In this document: one piece after another, positions 17,073-26,729 of the stretch
How positions within the stretch are numbered: position 1 is the stretch's first letter
How the letters are laid out: every line of letters starts with the position of its first letter
DNA from: an uncultured Pseudomonadota bacterium
GTDB taxonomy: Bacteria > Babelota > Babeliae > Babelales > CAIQNR01
Assembly: GCA_964606885.1 (NCBI GenBank)
Contig: CAZSHB010000005.1
Coordinates: 1 to 59,822, forward strand
Reading direction: 5' to 3'
DNA length: 59,822 nt
Translations under genes and position numbers: made by a program
Notes under the pieces: model-generated
What the model was told of the DNA's origin: nothing
Seen by the model: only the letters and a program-made list of their open reading frames with translations
Database searches by the model: none

Positions 17073-17639
17073 TTACTCCGCTACTGTGCCTAAGTAAAAA
17101 ACCCTATCAGCCACAGGATGATATATAAATGCATAAATCTGATGAGTAGGAATTACACCATCTACCAAAGGGTCTAATGCCGGATCAACCTGCAAAGAAT
17201 GACACATATTTGCAATCAGATCAGTATGCCCAACAATAAAAACGAACCCTGTTCCTGAGGCCGCTTTATCTTTAAAAAAAGCCTTGATTCGAGCAGCATA
17301 CTCTTCAAGAGATTCCGAACCTCCCTGAGGATCTAAAGCCACATCCACAACAACAGGCTTATCGTCAAGACGAGCGGCTAATATTGCTGCCATTTCTTGA
17401 GTTGCCGGCTTAGAAGAAGCATGCAGTGTCTCAATATTAAAATTCGCAATTCGATCCGCCATAGCCTGTGCCTCTGCTTGACCCCCTATGCTTAAAACAC
17501 CTTCAAAATCAAACGTAGCTGTTGGACCATGGCATACTACATAGAGCAAAGTTGGATAACCCATAGAGGCATGCAACGCCGCATGCATGTTGCACAAAAG
17601 ACCCAGAACTAAGATTATTACTGTTTTATTTTTTATCAT
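17073..17639 (-). CDS. Degenerate paralogue of the adjacent histidine phosphatase (catalytic Arg positions substituted), secreted
   Basis: Aligns by eye with 16410-17069. CHG replaces RHG (LYVVCHGPT). SSKPATQEMA replaces SSPQQRAHETA. IVGHTD is retained. Signal-like MIKNKTVIILVLGLLCNMHAALHA. 3-nt gap to the paralogue. Confidence 0.7.
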   Translation of the reverse strand: MIKNKTVIILVLGLLCNMHAALHASMGYPTLLYVVCHGPTATFDFEGVLSIGGQAEAQAMADRIANFNIETLHASSKPATQEMAAILAARLDDKPVVVDVALDPQGGSESLEEYAARIKAFFKDKAASGTGFVFIVGHTDLIANMCHSLQVDPALDPLVDGVIPTHQIYAFIYHPVADRVFYLGTVAE

Positions 17640-17809
17640 GCTTTTTCCCTTTTTTAAGACTGAAAATCAAGATATGCTCATTTCTATCAAAACCGCAATT
17701 AAATACTTTATTTATTTTGACGCTCCCCAGAAGATGCTTTACGATAAGTACTATGGGGTCATTATTCGCTAATAATCAATGTTTTGTCTTACCTAGGGGT
17801 CTTGTGTTC

Positions 17810-19885
17810 ATGCAATTGCTCATGTTATTTTTGTTTCTACTTTCTTCTTCTTGCATGGCTTATACCCCTGACAATACCTATGCTATTTTAGGGCAAGAAA
17901 ACCTTGCTAGCATGGCTCATCAAACATCTGAAAATGAACATGAAGATTGTCCTACAGGTAAAAATTTTAGCCAAGTGCTTGAAAACACCCTTTATGAACA
18001 TACCCATCTACCAAAAAAGACGAAGCGTAAGCTTATGTTCAAGCTTTTTGCAGAACATGAAGAAACATTACAACACTCACTTATAAAGCCAGTACTAGAT
18101 GGAACCTCTCGTCAAGACCTAAATCTCATCTGTGGACCTAAGTCTGATGTATCATTTTATATTGCTGCTCATATTGATAGAACCCAAACAGAAGCTGGCT
18201 CAGTTACCCTGATTAAACGCCTCTGTAGCCCTACTGACCACATAGCTACACTCCGCAAACATCAAGCTATTATTAAAGAATTAACACACAACAGAAAATT
18301 ATTTGATGCATTAAGCAATCAGCTTGCTGCTATGCATACCGATGAAAGCGCCATCCTATCATTATGGAACGAAGATCTTTTTTATAATCTTTTAAAACAA
18401 GAAGAACTGTTTATACCAAAAGCAGAAAAATTAAGTGCTTGGATTAATAACAGTACTTTTTTAATTGATATTAACTCGTATACACGTGTTATAAGTTTAG
18501 TTACTAACAATCTCATGCTTGCTGCTGGAGCAACATTACTCCCTGCATTAGGCGTAGCAACATACTACAATAAAGAAGCTACTGCTAAAGCACTAGAAGC
18601 ATGTATTGAACCTATTGGTGCTAAATCTGTCTGCAAAATGAGCGTACCTGGACTTGCCTTACTCGCTCTCCATTGGTGGTATAAAAGTGAAAGCAACCCA
18701 GCTACTGGTCTTGATAGTGCAGCAAACATTATTGGTGGTCCTGCTGGCGCAACCAGTATTTTTTATGCGGGTGATGCACTGCGCAATATTGTTTCTTTTA
18801 GAAAATGTCTCCAAAAAAAGATCATGTATATTAGTTCGTATATCAAATTGGTAAAAGACATTGGCGCGCTTACACAAAAAAATGAAGTACTTCAAGAACA
18901 CCTCCCGCTCATTGCAAATCTTGAAGATGAACTTAAAAAATTAGAAACAAGTTCTCAAGACGTTAAAAGACTTTTCGCATTACTCGATACATCTACGTTT
19001 AAAGGCAAAGAAGCATCATTCTTTTCTTCATACGGGAATATTTACGTAACCTATAACTTACTCCATAAAATAAAAACGGCTCTTGTACCAGCCATGGTAT
19101 GCATCGGTGAACTTGATGCTTATGTGTCATGCGCACAACTATTATTAGAAACACAAGGCCATGCAGCTGGTTATTGCCTACCAACGTTTATTGAAGGCGA
19201 AAGCACACCCCACGTACAAGCAACTAACTTTTGGAACCCTTCAATACCATATCAAATCGCAGCAACTAACAGTGTTGAATTGGGTGGCTCTCAGCCTGCA
19301 CATATTATTGTAACAGGCGCAAACGCTGGTGGTAAATCAACCACTATGAAGGGCCTCACGCTCACTATTATCTGTGCTCAATCGCTTGGTATTGCATGTG
19401 CAGAATCATTGAACTTTACCCCGTTTTCATGCATCTGTACGTATCTCAATATTACTGACGATATTGCCGCAGGAAAATCCCACTTTAGAGCGGGGGCAGC
19501 ACGTGCACGAGAACTTATTAGTTATGTTGAAGAAACAGCACCAAAAGGATTTAGTTTAACTGCAGTTGATGAAGTCTTTAATGGAACAACGTTTGAAGAA
19601 GGCCAAGCTGCTGCCTACTTTTTAATTGAAAAACTTGGATCATACAAACACAACATGTGTATTACCGTAACACACTTTCCGGCTGTTCCCTTACTTGCAG
19701 CAAAAACGGGTACTTTTGCAAACTATAAAGTCTCGGTCAGTTATAAACCTGATGGCTCTCTAGCACGTAGCTATAAACTAGAACCAGGGATCTCTGAACA
19801 AAAAATAGCATTGCATATTTTGAAAGAAGAAGGCTTTGATGCTACCTTTCTACAAAAGGCCCAACAATTTTTACTTCCAAAATAA
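17810..19885 (+). CDS. MutS-related ABC-type ATPase (core and domain V only) with hydrophobic membrane-like segments
   Basis: Walker A GANAGGKSTTMKG. Walker B DEVFNGTTFEEG. TH motif ITVTHFP. MutS core-like TQTEAGSVTLIKRLCSPTDHIATLRKHQAIIKEL. No mismatch-binding N-domain. Hydrophobic stretches MQLLMLFLFLLSSSC, LMLAAGATLLPALGVA, VPGLALLALHWW. The start is uncertain (ATG 17810 chosen; ATG 17753 and TTG 17717 are possible). Confidence 0.8.
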   Translation: MQLLMLFLFLLSSSCMAYTPDNTYAILGQENLASMAHQTSENEHEDCPTGKNFSQVLENTLYEHTHLPKKTKRKLMFKLFAEHEETLQHSLIKPVLDGTSRQDLNLICGPKSDVSFYIAAHIDRTQTEAGSVTLIKRLCSPTDHIATLRKHQAIIKELTHNRKLFDALSNQLAAMHTDESAILSLWNEDLFYNLLKQEELFIPKAEKLSAWINNSTFLIDINSYTRVISLVTNNLMLAAGATLLPALGVATYYNKEATAKALEACIEPIGAKSVCKMSVPGLALLALHWWYKSESNPATGLDSAANIIGGPAGATSIFYAGDALRNIVSFRKCLQKKIMYISSYIKLVKDIGALTQKNEVLQEHLPLIANLEDELKKLETSSQDVKRLFALLDTSTFKGKEASFFSSYGNIYVTYNLLHKIKTALVPAMVCIGELDAYVSCAQLLLETQGHAAGYCLPTFIEGESTPHVQATNFWNPSIPYQIAATNSVELGGSQPAHIIVTGANAGGKSTTMKGLTLTIICAQSLGIACAESLNFTPFSCICTYLNITDDIAAGKSHFRAGAARARELISYVEETAPKGFSLTAVDEVFNGTTFEEGQAAAYFLIEKLGSYKHNMCITVTHFPAVPLLAAKTGTFANYKVSVSYKPDGSLARSYKLEPGISEQKIALHILKEEGFDATFLQKAQQFLLPK

Positions 19886-19893
19886 GGATATCC

Positions 19894-20307
19894 ATGAGCA
19901 TTCGTCGATTTGTTCTTAATAAATTAGTACGTAACAACATGGTAGAAAAATATAAAACAGAAGGCGTTACCGCCAATGTTGAAACACTTACCGATAACGA
20001 ACAATATCTAGAAGCAATCTCAGCAAAGCTTATTGAAGAACTTGAAGAAGTATTTGCTGCGCAAGATAAAAAAGAGCTCATAGAAGAAATTGCTGATTTA
20101 GAAGAAGCGTTACATTCTTTTAAACACCTACTTGGCATTACCAATAAAGAAGTCGATACCGCACGCGTTAAAAAAGCTACCGACAAAGGTACCTTTTCCG
20201 AACGCTTATTCATCCATTATATTGACGTACCAGCTAAATCAAAACGCGTTATAGAATACTGCGAAGCACAACCTGATAAATACCCAGAAGTTGAAATAGA
20301 AGATTAA
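19894..20307 (+). CDS. MazG-like all-alpha NTP pyrophosphohydrolase (phosphoribosyl-ATP-PPase-like, COG4997-type)
   Basis: 137 aa. NKLVRNNMVEKY...LTDNEQYLEAISAKLIEELEEV......ELIEEIADLEEALHSF...GIT..EV......K...GTFSERLFI matches the KLVRD.IPE...EY...L..KL.EE..E....EELADVLEVL pattern of this family. AAGGA RBS. 8 nt after the MutS-like stop. Confidence 0.6.
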   Translation: MSIRRFVLNKLVRNNMVEKYKTEGVTANVETLTDNEQYLEAISAKLIEELEEVFAAQDKKELIEEIADLEEALHSFKHLLGITNKEVDTARVKKATDKGTFSERLFIHYIDVPAKSKRVIEYCEAQPDKYPEVEIED

Positions 20308-20315
20308 AGGTCCTC

Positions 20316-21656
20316 ATGTTTATTACCCATTTTTTTGATTTGTTAAGCACCGTCGATGATTATCTGTGGAGCTACGCTGGTATCCCTGCAATCTTAGTAT
20401 TAGGTGTTTTATTGTCGGTGCGCGGTCGCTTTTTCCAAATATTTCAACTGCCAAAAATATGGCGCATCTTCTTTGGATTCTTTAAAAAAGAAGAACTCGA
20501 TCCAAACTATAAAGAACCTACCCGCGGCGTAACACCCCTACAAGCATTCTTTGCTTCTATTGGTGGCTGCATTGGCATTGGTAACATTGTAGTCGTGTGC
20601 AGCGCTGTACAAATTGGTGGCCCTGGCGCCATCTTTTGGATGTGGATCGCGTCGTTCCTTGGCATGATTGTAAAATACTCAGAAATCTATTTAGGTATCA
20701 CCTACAGAATTCCTAACAACTTAGGTACTTACAATGGTGGACCTATGTACTTTGTACAACAAGTAACATCTAAAAAATGGGTACCTCAACTTATCTGTCT
20801 CTTACTCTGTGTGTATGGCGCAGATATGTATCTTTTTAGAATCATGACACGCAGTATTGTTACCTCATGGCATATCAACCAGTACGCAGTCATTGCGTTT
20901 CTTTTAATCGCTATTTTGATCGCTGGTAAAAAAGGGCTGGGCTGGGCTGGTAAAGCAAGCAGTATTATTATTCCTGCATTCTTAGTTGCTTATATTGGTA
21001 TTAGCGCTGTCGTATTTTTTAATAACGCCGCACAAATCCCTGGTCTTTTCCGTCTGATTATTACCTCAGCTTTTACTGGTCATGCAGCACTTGGTGCCTT
21101 TACTGGCGCTGGCATGCTACTCGCTATGTCACAAGGCATGAAGCGCGCTTGTTATGCTGGTGATATTGGTATTGGATACGCTTCAGTTATTCATGCAGAA
21201 ACTGAAGAAACTAACCCTGCAAAACAGGCCGCTCTTGGCGTGTTTGGTATTTTTATCGACACCTTTATAGTTTGCACCACCAGCGTAATGTTGATTTTAG
21301 TAACAGGTTTATGGAATCAAGGTATTCACGAAGAACGGGCAGTTGCAATGGCCTTAGGCAAGTATATTCCCCATGTTGACTGGATATGGCCAATCTTTAT
21401 TTTCTTACTTGGCTATTCAACGATTATTGCAATCTTTAGCGTGGGTAAACGGGCTGCACAAATTTTATCACCTAAGTATGGTGAACGTGCCTATTTTATC
21501 TATGCAACATGCGCATTCTTACTCTTCTCGTTTATTGGCTCTGAGATTCAGATTATGACGATCATGTCACTAACAGGTGTATGCTTATTGCTGATCAACA
21601 TAAGCACTATCTTTTTGTTACGCAAACGAGTTTCTTTCAAGATACCATCTGCGTAA
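20316..21656 (+). CDS. Alanine/glycine:cation symporter (AGCS) family transporter
   Basis: 446 aa, polytopic. LQAFFASIGGCIGIGNIVVVCSAVQIGGPGAIFWMWIASFLGM matches the AGCS signature (..G.GNI.GV..A...GGPGA.FWMW..A..GM). Confidence 0.8.
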   Translation: MFITHFFDLLSTVDDYLWSYAGIPAILVLGVLLSVRGRFFQIFQLPKIWRIFFGFFKKEELDPNYKEPTRGVTPLQAFFASIGGCIGIGNIVVVCSAVQIGGPGAIFWMWIASFLGMIVKYSEIYLGITYRIPNNLGTYNGGPMYFVQQVTSKKWVPQLICLLLCVYGADMYLFRIMTRSIVTSWHINQYAVIAFLLIAILIAGKKGLGWAGKASSIIIPAFLVAYIGISAVVFFNNAAQIPGLFRLIITSAFTGHAALGAFTGAGMLLAMSQGMKRACYAGDIGIGYASVIHAETEETNPAKQAALGVFGIFIDTFIVCTTSVMLILVTGLWNQGIHEERAVAMALGKYIPHVDWIWPIFIFLLGYSTIIAIFSVGKRAAQILSPKYGERAYFIYATCAFLLFSFIGSEIQIMTIMSLTGVCLLLINISTIFLLRKRVSFKIPSA

Positions 21657-21726
21657 ACTCTTGTTTGTAGCACCGTACTTTTATACGATGCACGCCATTA
21701 TATTTATCCAATAAAAAAGGGGAGTT

Positions 21727-22236
21727 ATGCAGCGCTTATTACTGTTATTACTAACAGCCTCACTCTCTCTATTTGCAAGCGAACAACAGCCATTACAAGA
21801 ACCAAAACGACGTGTATTTATCTGCCTGCATCCACAACCTGAGCGTATTGTAACGCTACACCTCAACACAAAAAGTAAAAAGACCAAACAGTCTAAAACC
21901 CCTCAGCAAGAGGTTGGTACAACCTCTTGGCATAATCAAACTAAAAAATATAAGCGTGCTTTTATGGAAAGATCTCCTGCCAAGATACAAGATCTTGTAC
22001 AAGCTGGTTGCCCACAAAATAAGAGCGAACAACGACAAAAAGCAGTACTTGCCATACTTGCTCGCACACACGATAACGATCTTAAAAAAGAACTTTTTAT
22101 AACAGGTCTTGACGCAGGTTCATTTACACGAGACACTGCTCGCACATTGGGCATAGCTATGCAAATGCAAGGCCGCAAACTTGTAGCTCTAGCTACAAAA
22201 AAAGATCGTTCTCAATCAAAAAAAAAGTGCAGGTAG
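21727..22236 (+). CDS. Hypothetical secreted basic protein
   Basis: 169 aa. GGGGAG RBS. Signal MQRLLLLLLTASLSLFASEQ. Lys/Gln-rich. Confidence 0.6.
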   Translation: MQRLLLLLLTASLSLFASEQQPLQEPKRRVFICLHPQPERIVTLHLNTKSKKTKQSKTPQQEVGTTSWHNQTKKYKRAFMERSPAKIQDLVQAGCPQNKSEQRQKAVLAILARTHDNDLKKELFITGLDAGSFTRDTARTLGIAMQMQGRKLVALATKKDRSQSKKKCR

Positions 22237-22278
22237 ACAAAGTACATGCCTAACCTGCACTGTTACAATATAAGCTCT

Positions 22279-24129
22279 TTAAACTTCAGTCAGCGCTTCC
22301 CACTCTTTAGTGAGCGCCTTAAGTTCTTTAGTAATCACATCAAGCTTTTCTTGTGCCTTATCAAACTCAGGTGTGCCATACTCTAGATCAGCAAATGATG
22401 CTTGGATCTTTTCTTTGTCACCCTCAAGTTTAGCAATCGCACGTTCAACCCGATTAAGATCTTTACGGACCGGTTTTGCGTCTGCCATACCGCCAGCTGT
22501 TGCTGAAGGCGCTGCAGTCTTTTCAAATGCCGTTTGTTTATTACTTAAACGCTTTTGTGCCAAGAATGATTCGTAGTTGCCATGGTAACGTAACAGACCA
22601 TCTGCAGTAAGCTCTAAAATGCTGCTTGCTAGATGATTTACAAAGTCATGATCATGGGACACGAATAAGATAGTACCTTTGTACTCTTGTAATGCTTTAA
22701 GCAAAATCTCTTTTGAAGGAATATCCAAATGGTTCGTAGGTTCGTCAAGCAGCAAGAAGTTAGCATCTTGCAATAGCACTTTGACCATACTTAGACGGTT
22801 ACGTTCACCACCACTTAAAACTTTGGTTTTCTTTTGAATTTCATCTTTGCCAAACAAAAACGCACCCAAGAACATTCTAATTTCTTGTTCCGTTTTATGA
22901 GCAACGTGCTCATACACTTCTTGAATAACTGTGTTATTAGGATTTAAAACTTTTGTTTGTTCTTGTTCAAAGATAGTTGCATACACTTCTGAACCAAGAT
23001 CGAACTTACCTTGTGTTGGTTTAAATTTACCACACAAAATATTAAACAATGTCGTTTTACCAACACCGTTAGGAGCAATAACTGCGAGCTTTTCGCCACG
23101 CTCTATTTTTAAATCAACATGCTGGAAAATCTGCTTATCACCATATTTAAAACCAAGATCGTGTGCTTCTAACACAATACGGCCAGAACGTTTTGGCTCA
23201 GGAAATCTAAAGCGAACTTGCTTAGCATCTTGTGGCACTTCAATAAGTTCTACTTTATCTAAAGCCTTTTCCATACTTTTAGCCATCTTAGCTTTGCTAG
23301 CTTTAGCTTTAAACTTGGCAATAAGTTCTTGCTTATGAGCCATCTCTTTATCTTGTAATTTCTTTGCAGAGATAAGCGCTTCTACTTGTTCAGCTTTTTC
23401 CCGTTCGTAATCTGAATAGTTCCCATAAAAGAGTGAACCTTTACCGCGATCAAGTTCTAAAATAGTAGAACACTGCTCATCTAAAAAGTACTTATCATGG
23501 CATACCAAAATAAAGCCAAACGGCGCACTTGCTAAGAATGATAAGAACCAATCTTTAGCGACAATGTCCAAATGGTTTGTAGGTTCGTCAAACAGATAAA
23601 AGTCTGCTTTTTGTAACAATAATTTTGCAAGTACCACACGCATCTGCCAACCGACAGACAATGTCTGCACAGATTCATTCAATTGCGCTTCTTTAAAGCC
23701 AAGACCTAAGAGCATGTTCTTCGTTTCTAAACGTGCTTGGTCAGGCAATAACTGTTGGTAATGGTACGAAATTTCACCGTACTCTTGTACAGCATCAGCA
23801 CAACCTTCTGCCACTTTTGGTTCAAGAATTTGCATTCTTTCCCACAGCGCACCAAGCGCGTGGTACGAAACAAATGCTTCGTCAAAAATAGAACGGGTAC
23901 TTGAAAGCACCAACTCTTGAGGCATGTACGCAACAGTACAATTGCCACTTACAGAGACTGAGCCACTATCAAGCGGAATTTGCCCACCAATTACTTTTAA
24001 CAGTGTTGATTTGCCAGATCCGTTTCTTCCTACCAAACCGAGCCTTTGATCAGGCGATACGGCGTAAGAAAGTTGATCAAATACTTTTTGTGAACCAAAC
24101 GAGAGACAGAGATTATTCAGATGAATCAT
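22279..24129 (-). CDS. ABC-F family ATPase (two ABC cassettes, no membrane domain)
   Basis: Two Walker A sites (GRNGSGKSTLLK, APNGVGKTTLF). Two signature-like motifs (LSVGWQMR, LSGGERNRL). Two Walker B sites (LFDEPTNHLD, LLDEPTNHLD). C-terminal coiled-coil tail. Confidence 0.9.
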   Translation of the reverse strand: MIHLNNLCLSFGSQKVFDQLSYAVSPDQRLGLVGRNGSGKSTLLKVIGGQIPLDSGSVSVSGNCTVAYMPQELVLSSTRSIFDEAFVSYHALGALWERMQILEPKVAEGCADAVQEYGEISYHYQQLLPDQARLETKNMLLGLGFKEAQLNESVQTLSVGWQMRVVLAKLLLQKADFYLFDEPTNHLDIVAKDWFLSFLASAPFGFILVCHDKYFLDEQCSTILELDRGKGSLFYGNYSDYEREKAEQVEALISAKKLQDKEMAHKQELIAKFKAKASKAKMAKSMEKALDKVELIEVPQDAKQVRFRFPEPKRSGRIVLEAHDLGFKYGDKQIFQHVDLKIERGEKLAVIAPNGVGKTTLFNILCGKFKPTQGKFDLGSEVYATIFEQEQTKVLNPNNTVIQEVYEHVAHKTEQEIRMFLGAFLFGKDEIQKKTKVLSGGERNRLSMVKVLLQDANFLLLDEPTNHLDIPSKEILLKALQEYKGTILFVSHDHDFVNHLASSILELTADGLLRYHGNYESFLAQKRLSNKQTAFEKTAAPSATAGGMADAKPVRKDLNRVERAIAKLEGDKEKIQASFADLEYGTPEFDKAQEKLDVITKELKALTKEWEALTEV

Positions 24130-24895
24130 GAGTACGCTTAAGGTAATTTATAATTTCTTCTGGAGTAGAACAGACAATATCGGGACCAGCTTCATACAAA
24201 GCTTTTTCTGAATTCATACCCCATGTAACACTAACACATTCAGCCCCTATAACACGAGCAGCATCAACATCCCGCGCTTCATCGCCAATATAAACGATAT
24301 ACTCAGGACGTTTTTTAACTAATTTAAGCGCTGTTTTAAGCGCATGCTGCTTTCCAAAAATTGATGGCGACGAACCAATAAAATCAAAATATGGTGCTAA
24401 TTTTTCTTTGCCCAAAAAGTATTGCACGTTAGCAACCGAGTTAGAAGTCACAACTCCCACCGCATAGTTATTCTCCTGCAGATACTCAAGAAGGGTCTTC
24501 ATCTTAACTTTTTGCGTAATGCAATGGCGTTCTAAATCCCATTGCAATCTAAAATCACGCAACAAAAACGGAATCTTATAAAAAGGAATCTGTAATGTTT
24601 TAAACAGGTCGCGCGCTTGATAATCACGCATCTCTTCTAACGAAATAATGACCGATTCTTTAATGCCATACTTAGCAGCATTCTTTTTTAAAGAATGGAT
24701 CAAGCACGTAATCGAATCACACAAGGTCCCATCAAAATCAAAGATAACCATTCCTTTTGGTTTACCTTTAACCGAACCCTTAAATTCGCCACGCATAAAG
24801 CGCCGATACAGATAAAAACCGGTAGCGGCGCTTAATCCTATTACAGAAACAATCGTATATATCACAAATAACCTATTTTTTACGCTGATCGCCAA
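24113..24895 (-). CDS. HAD-superfamily phosphatase with N-terminal transmembrane anchor
   Basis: Motif I FDFDGTLCDS. Motif II VVTSNS. Motif IV YIGDEARDVDAA. N-terminal helix LFVIYTIVSVIGLSAATGFYLY. Overlaps both neighbours (23 nt and 17 nt). Confidence 0.8.
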   Translation of the reverse strand: MAISVKNRLFVIYTIVSVIGLSAATGFYLYRRFMRGEFKGSVKGKPKGMVIFDFDGTLCDSITCLIHSLKKNAAKYGIKESVIISLEEMRDYQARDLFKTLQIPFYKIPFLLRDFRLQWDLERHCITQKVKMKTLLEYLQENNYAVGVVTSNSVANVQYFLGKEKLAPYFDFIGSSPSIFGKQHALKTALKLVKKRPEYIVYIGDEARDVDAARVIGAECVSVTWGMNSEKALYEAGPDIVCSTPEEIINYLKRTHDSSE

Positions 24896-25571
24896 AAAGT
24901 CTAAGTAACATAAAGAACAAGTTAATAAAATCTAAATACAGCGTTAAAGCACCCATAACAGCAACTTTAGAACGAGTATCTTCGTCAACCATCATTGACT
25001 CAGCCATACGTTTAATTTTCTGCGTATCATATGCGGTCAACAAGGTAAAAATACCAACACCTGCAAGTGAAATCATAAACTGAAACGTTGAACTTTGAGC
25101 CCATATATTAACAAACATTGCAAGGATTAATCCCCACAAGCCCATAATTAAAAAGCTGCCAAGGCTGCTTAAATCCGCATTGGTCAAATATCCATACGCT
25201 GCCATTAAAGCAAACATGCCCGATGTAATAGCAAAGCAGATTGCAATTGATGACATGGTGTAGATCATAAAAATCATAGAGCTCGTAATACCCATAAGCA
25301 CTGCATAGCCTACAAAAGCCATGGCCGTTTCTGCATACGTTAAGCTCTGGATCTTCCAGCCCAGAAACATAACCAACCCAACTTGGGCAAACATAAGACC
25401 GATAAACAGGATCTGATTAGTTGCCAAAAACTGCATAACAGCTGGCGAACTGGCCATACCGTACGCTATACCGGCCGTAATTGCCAAAGCAACACCCATC
25501 CAGGCATATACCTTATACATAAACGAACGGGCTGAACTCATCATGGAGTAGTTGTAATTATCATGTAGCAT
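24873..25571 (-). CDS. BAX inhibitor-1/YccA (TMBIM) family membrane protein
   Basis: 232 aa, seven hydrophobic segments. LLTAYDTQKIK motif and charged C-terminus, typical of BI-1/YccA. Confidence 0.85.
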   Translation of the reverse strand: MLHDNYNYSMMSSARSFMYKVYAWMGVALAITAGIAYGMASSPAVMQFLATNQILFIGLMFAQVGLVMFLGWKIQSLTYAETAMAFVGYAVLMGITSSMIFMIYTMSSIAICFAITSGMFALMAAYGYLTNADLSSLGSFLIMGLWGLILAMFVNIWAQSSTFQFMISLAGVGIFTLLTAYDTQKIKRMAESMMVDEDTRSKVAVMGALTLYLDFINLFFMLLRLFGDQRKK

Positions 25572-25748
25572 AATGAAATCCTTTTATTTTTGACGGTTAA
25601 ACTACACCCTAAAAGTACCCTAAATACCGTTATTTAGCAAACAAGCCCCTGTTTTACCGTAAGCCCCAGACGTGCTACTACTCTTGCTATCTTAATCTTG
25701 AGCATAGTATAACTACCCCTTATTAAGGAACCATATGAAGGAGTTATT

Positions 25749-26330
25749 ATGAAGTCATGCATCCGTCCCCTTGCTCTTGTAAGCACCAGCCTCTTACTCA
25801 TCAACTGGGGATCTGGCGATACCAACGTAGACGGCCGCGCTAAGCCAACCATCAACTTTTATGGAACCATACAAGATAACACTGCAGCCATTTTTAATGC
25901 AGAAAACATCACCATTGGTGGCCAGTTTAGACAAATCAGCGTTCATCCACTTCCTCAGCTGGATATTAAAAACGCCGATTACGACCCTACCATCAACACC
26001 GCGCTTTTAGATTTTGCAGAAATTGCAACTATCCAAGTTCCTAACCCACACACCACCTACACCTTTAAAGGTCGCAATTATATTATGATTCAAGTGGTAT
26101 CTAATGACCAAGCAGAAACAACCAATAACTATATTATTGAACTCACCAAAAAAGTTTTCTGTGACCAAATGAACGGCGCTGGCCCTCTTGAACGGGAACT
26201 CAAGTTTATAGCCGTTGAAAAAATTTCTTTTGAAGGATACAAAGATCAAGCGCCCGTAGCTGCACCAGCACCAAAAAAATACAAAGCACTGATGGTTCCA
26301 TCACAGCCACGAGCAACTAAATCTGCATAG
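25749..26330 (+). CDS. Hypothetical secreted protein
   Basis: 193 aa. AAGGAG RBS. Signal-like MKSCIRPLALVSTSLLLINWG. No family recognised. Confidence 0.6.
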   Translation: MKSCIRPLALVSTSLLLINWGSGDTNVDGRAKPTINFYGTIQDNTAAIFNAENITIGGQFRQISVHPLPQLDIKNADYDPTINTALLDFAEIATIQVPNPHTTYTFKGRNYIMIQVVSNDQAETTNNYIIELTKKVFCDQMNGAGPLERELKFIAVEKISFEGYKDQAPVAAPAPKKYKALMVPSQPRATKSA

Positions 26331-26407
26331 CTTTTTATTCGTTTTTTTTATATGTTCTTAGCCAAGCATGCAGTAAAAAATGTATATAATCTTAAAGGAT
26401 AACTATT

Positions 26408-26728
26408 ATGGCATTACCATTAACTCGCGATAACGTTGAACAAGAAGTAGCACACTCAAAGCTTCCCGTAGTTATTGATGTGTACGCAACCTGGTGTGGG
26501 CCGTGCCAACAAATGATGCCAATCTTTGACGAACTAGAAAAAGAACTTGCTGGCAAAGTTAAGTTCTGCAAACTCAATGTTGACGAAGCGCGCGACTTAT
26601 CAATCCAGTACGGCGTTACTTCAGTTCCAACCTTCATCTTTATCAAGAACAACCAGATCAAACACAAAGAAACTGGATACATGCCAAAAGACGATCTTAA
26701 AGCAAAAATTGAAGAATTCATCGACTAA
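26408..26728 (+). CDS. trxA: Thioredoxin
   Basis: 106 aa. WCGPC active site within VVIDVYATWCGPCQQM. GVTSVPTFIFIK. Confidence 0.95.
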   Translation: MALPLTRDNVEQEVAHSKLPVVIDVYATWCGPCQQMMPIFDELEKELAGKVKFCKLNVDEARDLSIQYGVTSVPTFIFIKNNQIKHKETGYMPKDDLKAKIEEFID

Positions 26729-26729
26729 T

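Noticed and set aside
19842-20213. 123-aa minus-strand ORF
   Set aside because: Antisense to the MazG-like gene, which has a family-typical sequence and an RBS. The same reasoning rejects 15646-16104 (antisense to tsaC), 26392-26721 (trxA), 26813-27112 (Trx-like), 28876-29292 (bamA), 22931-23338 (ABC-F), 31310-31888 and 30990-31412 (frames over the KA-rich gene), 41954-42286 (mutL) and 46003-46323.
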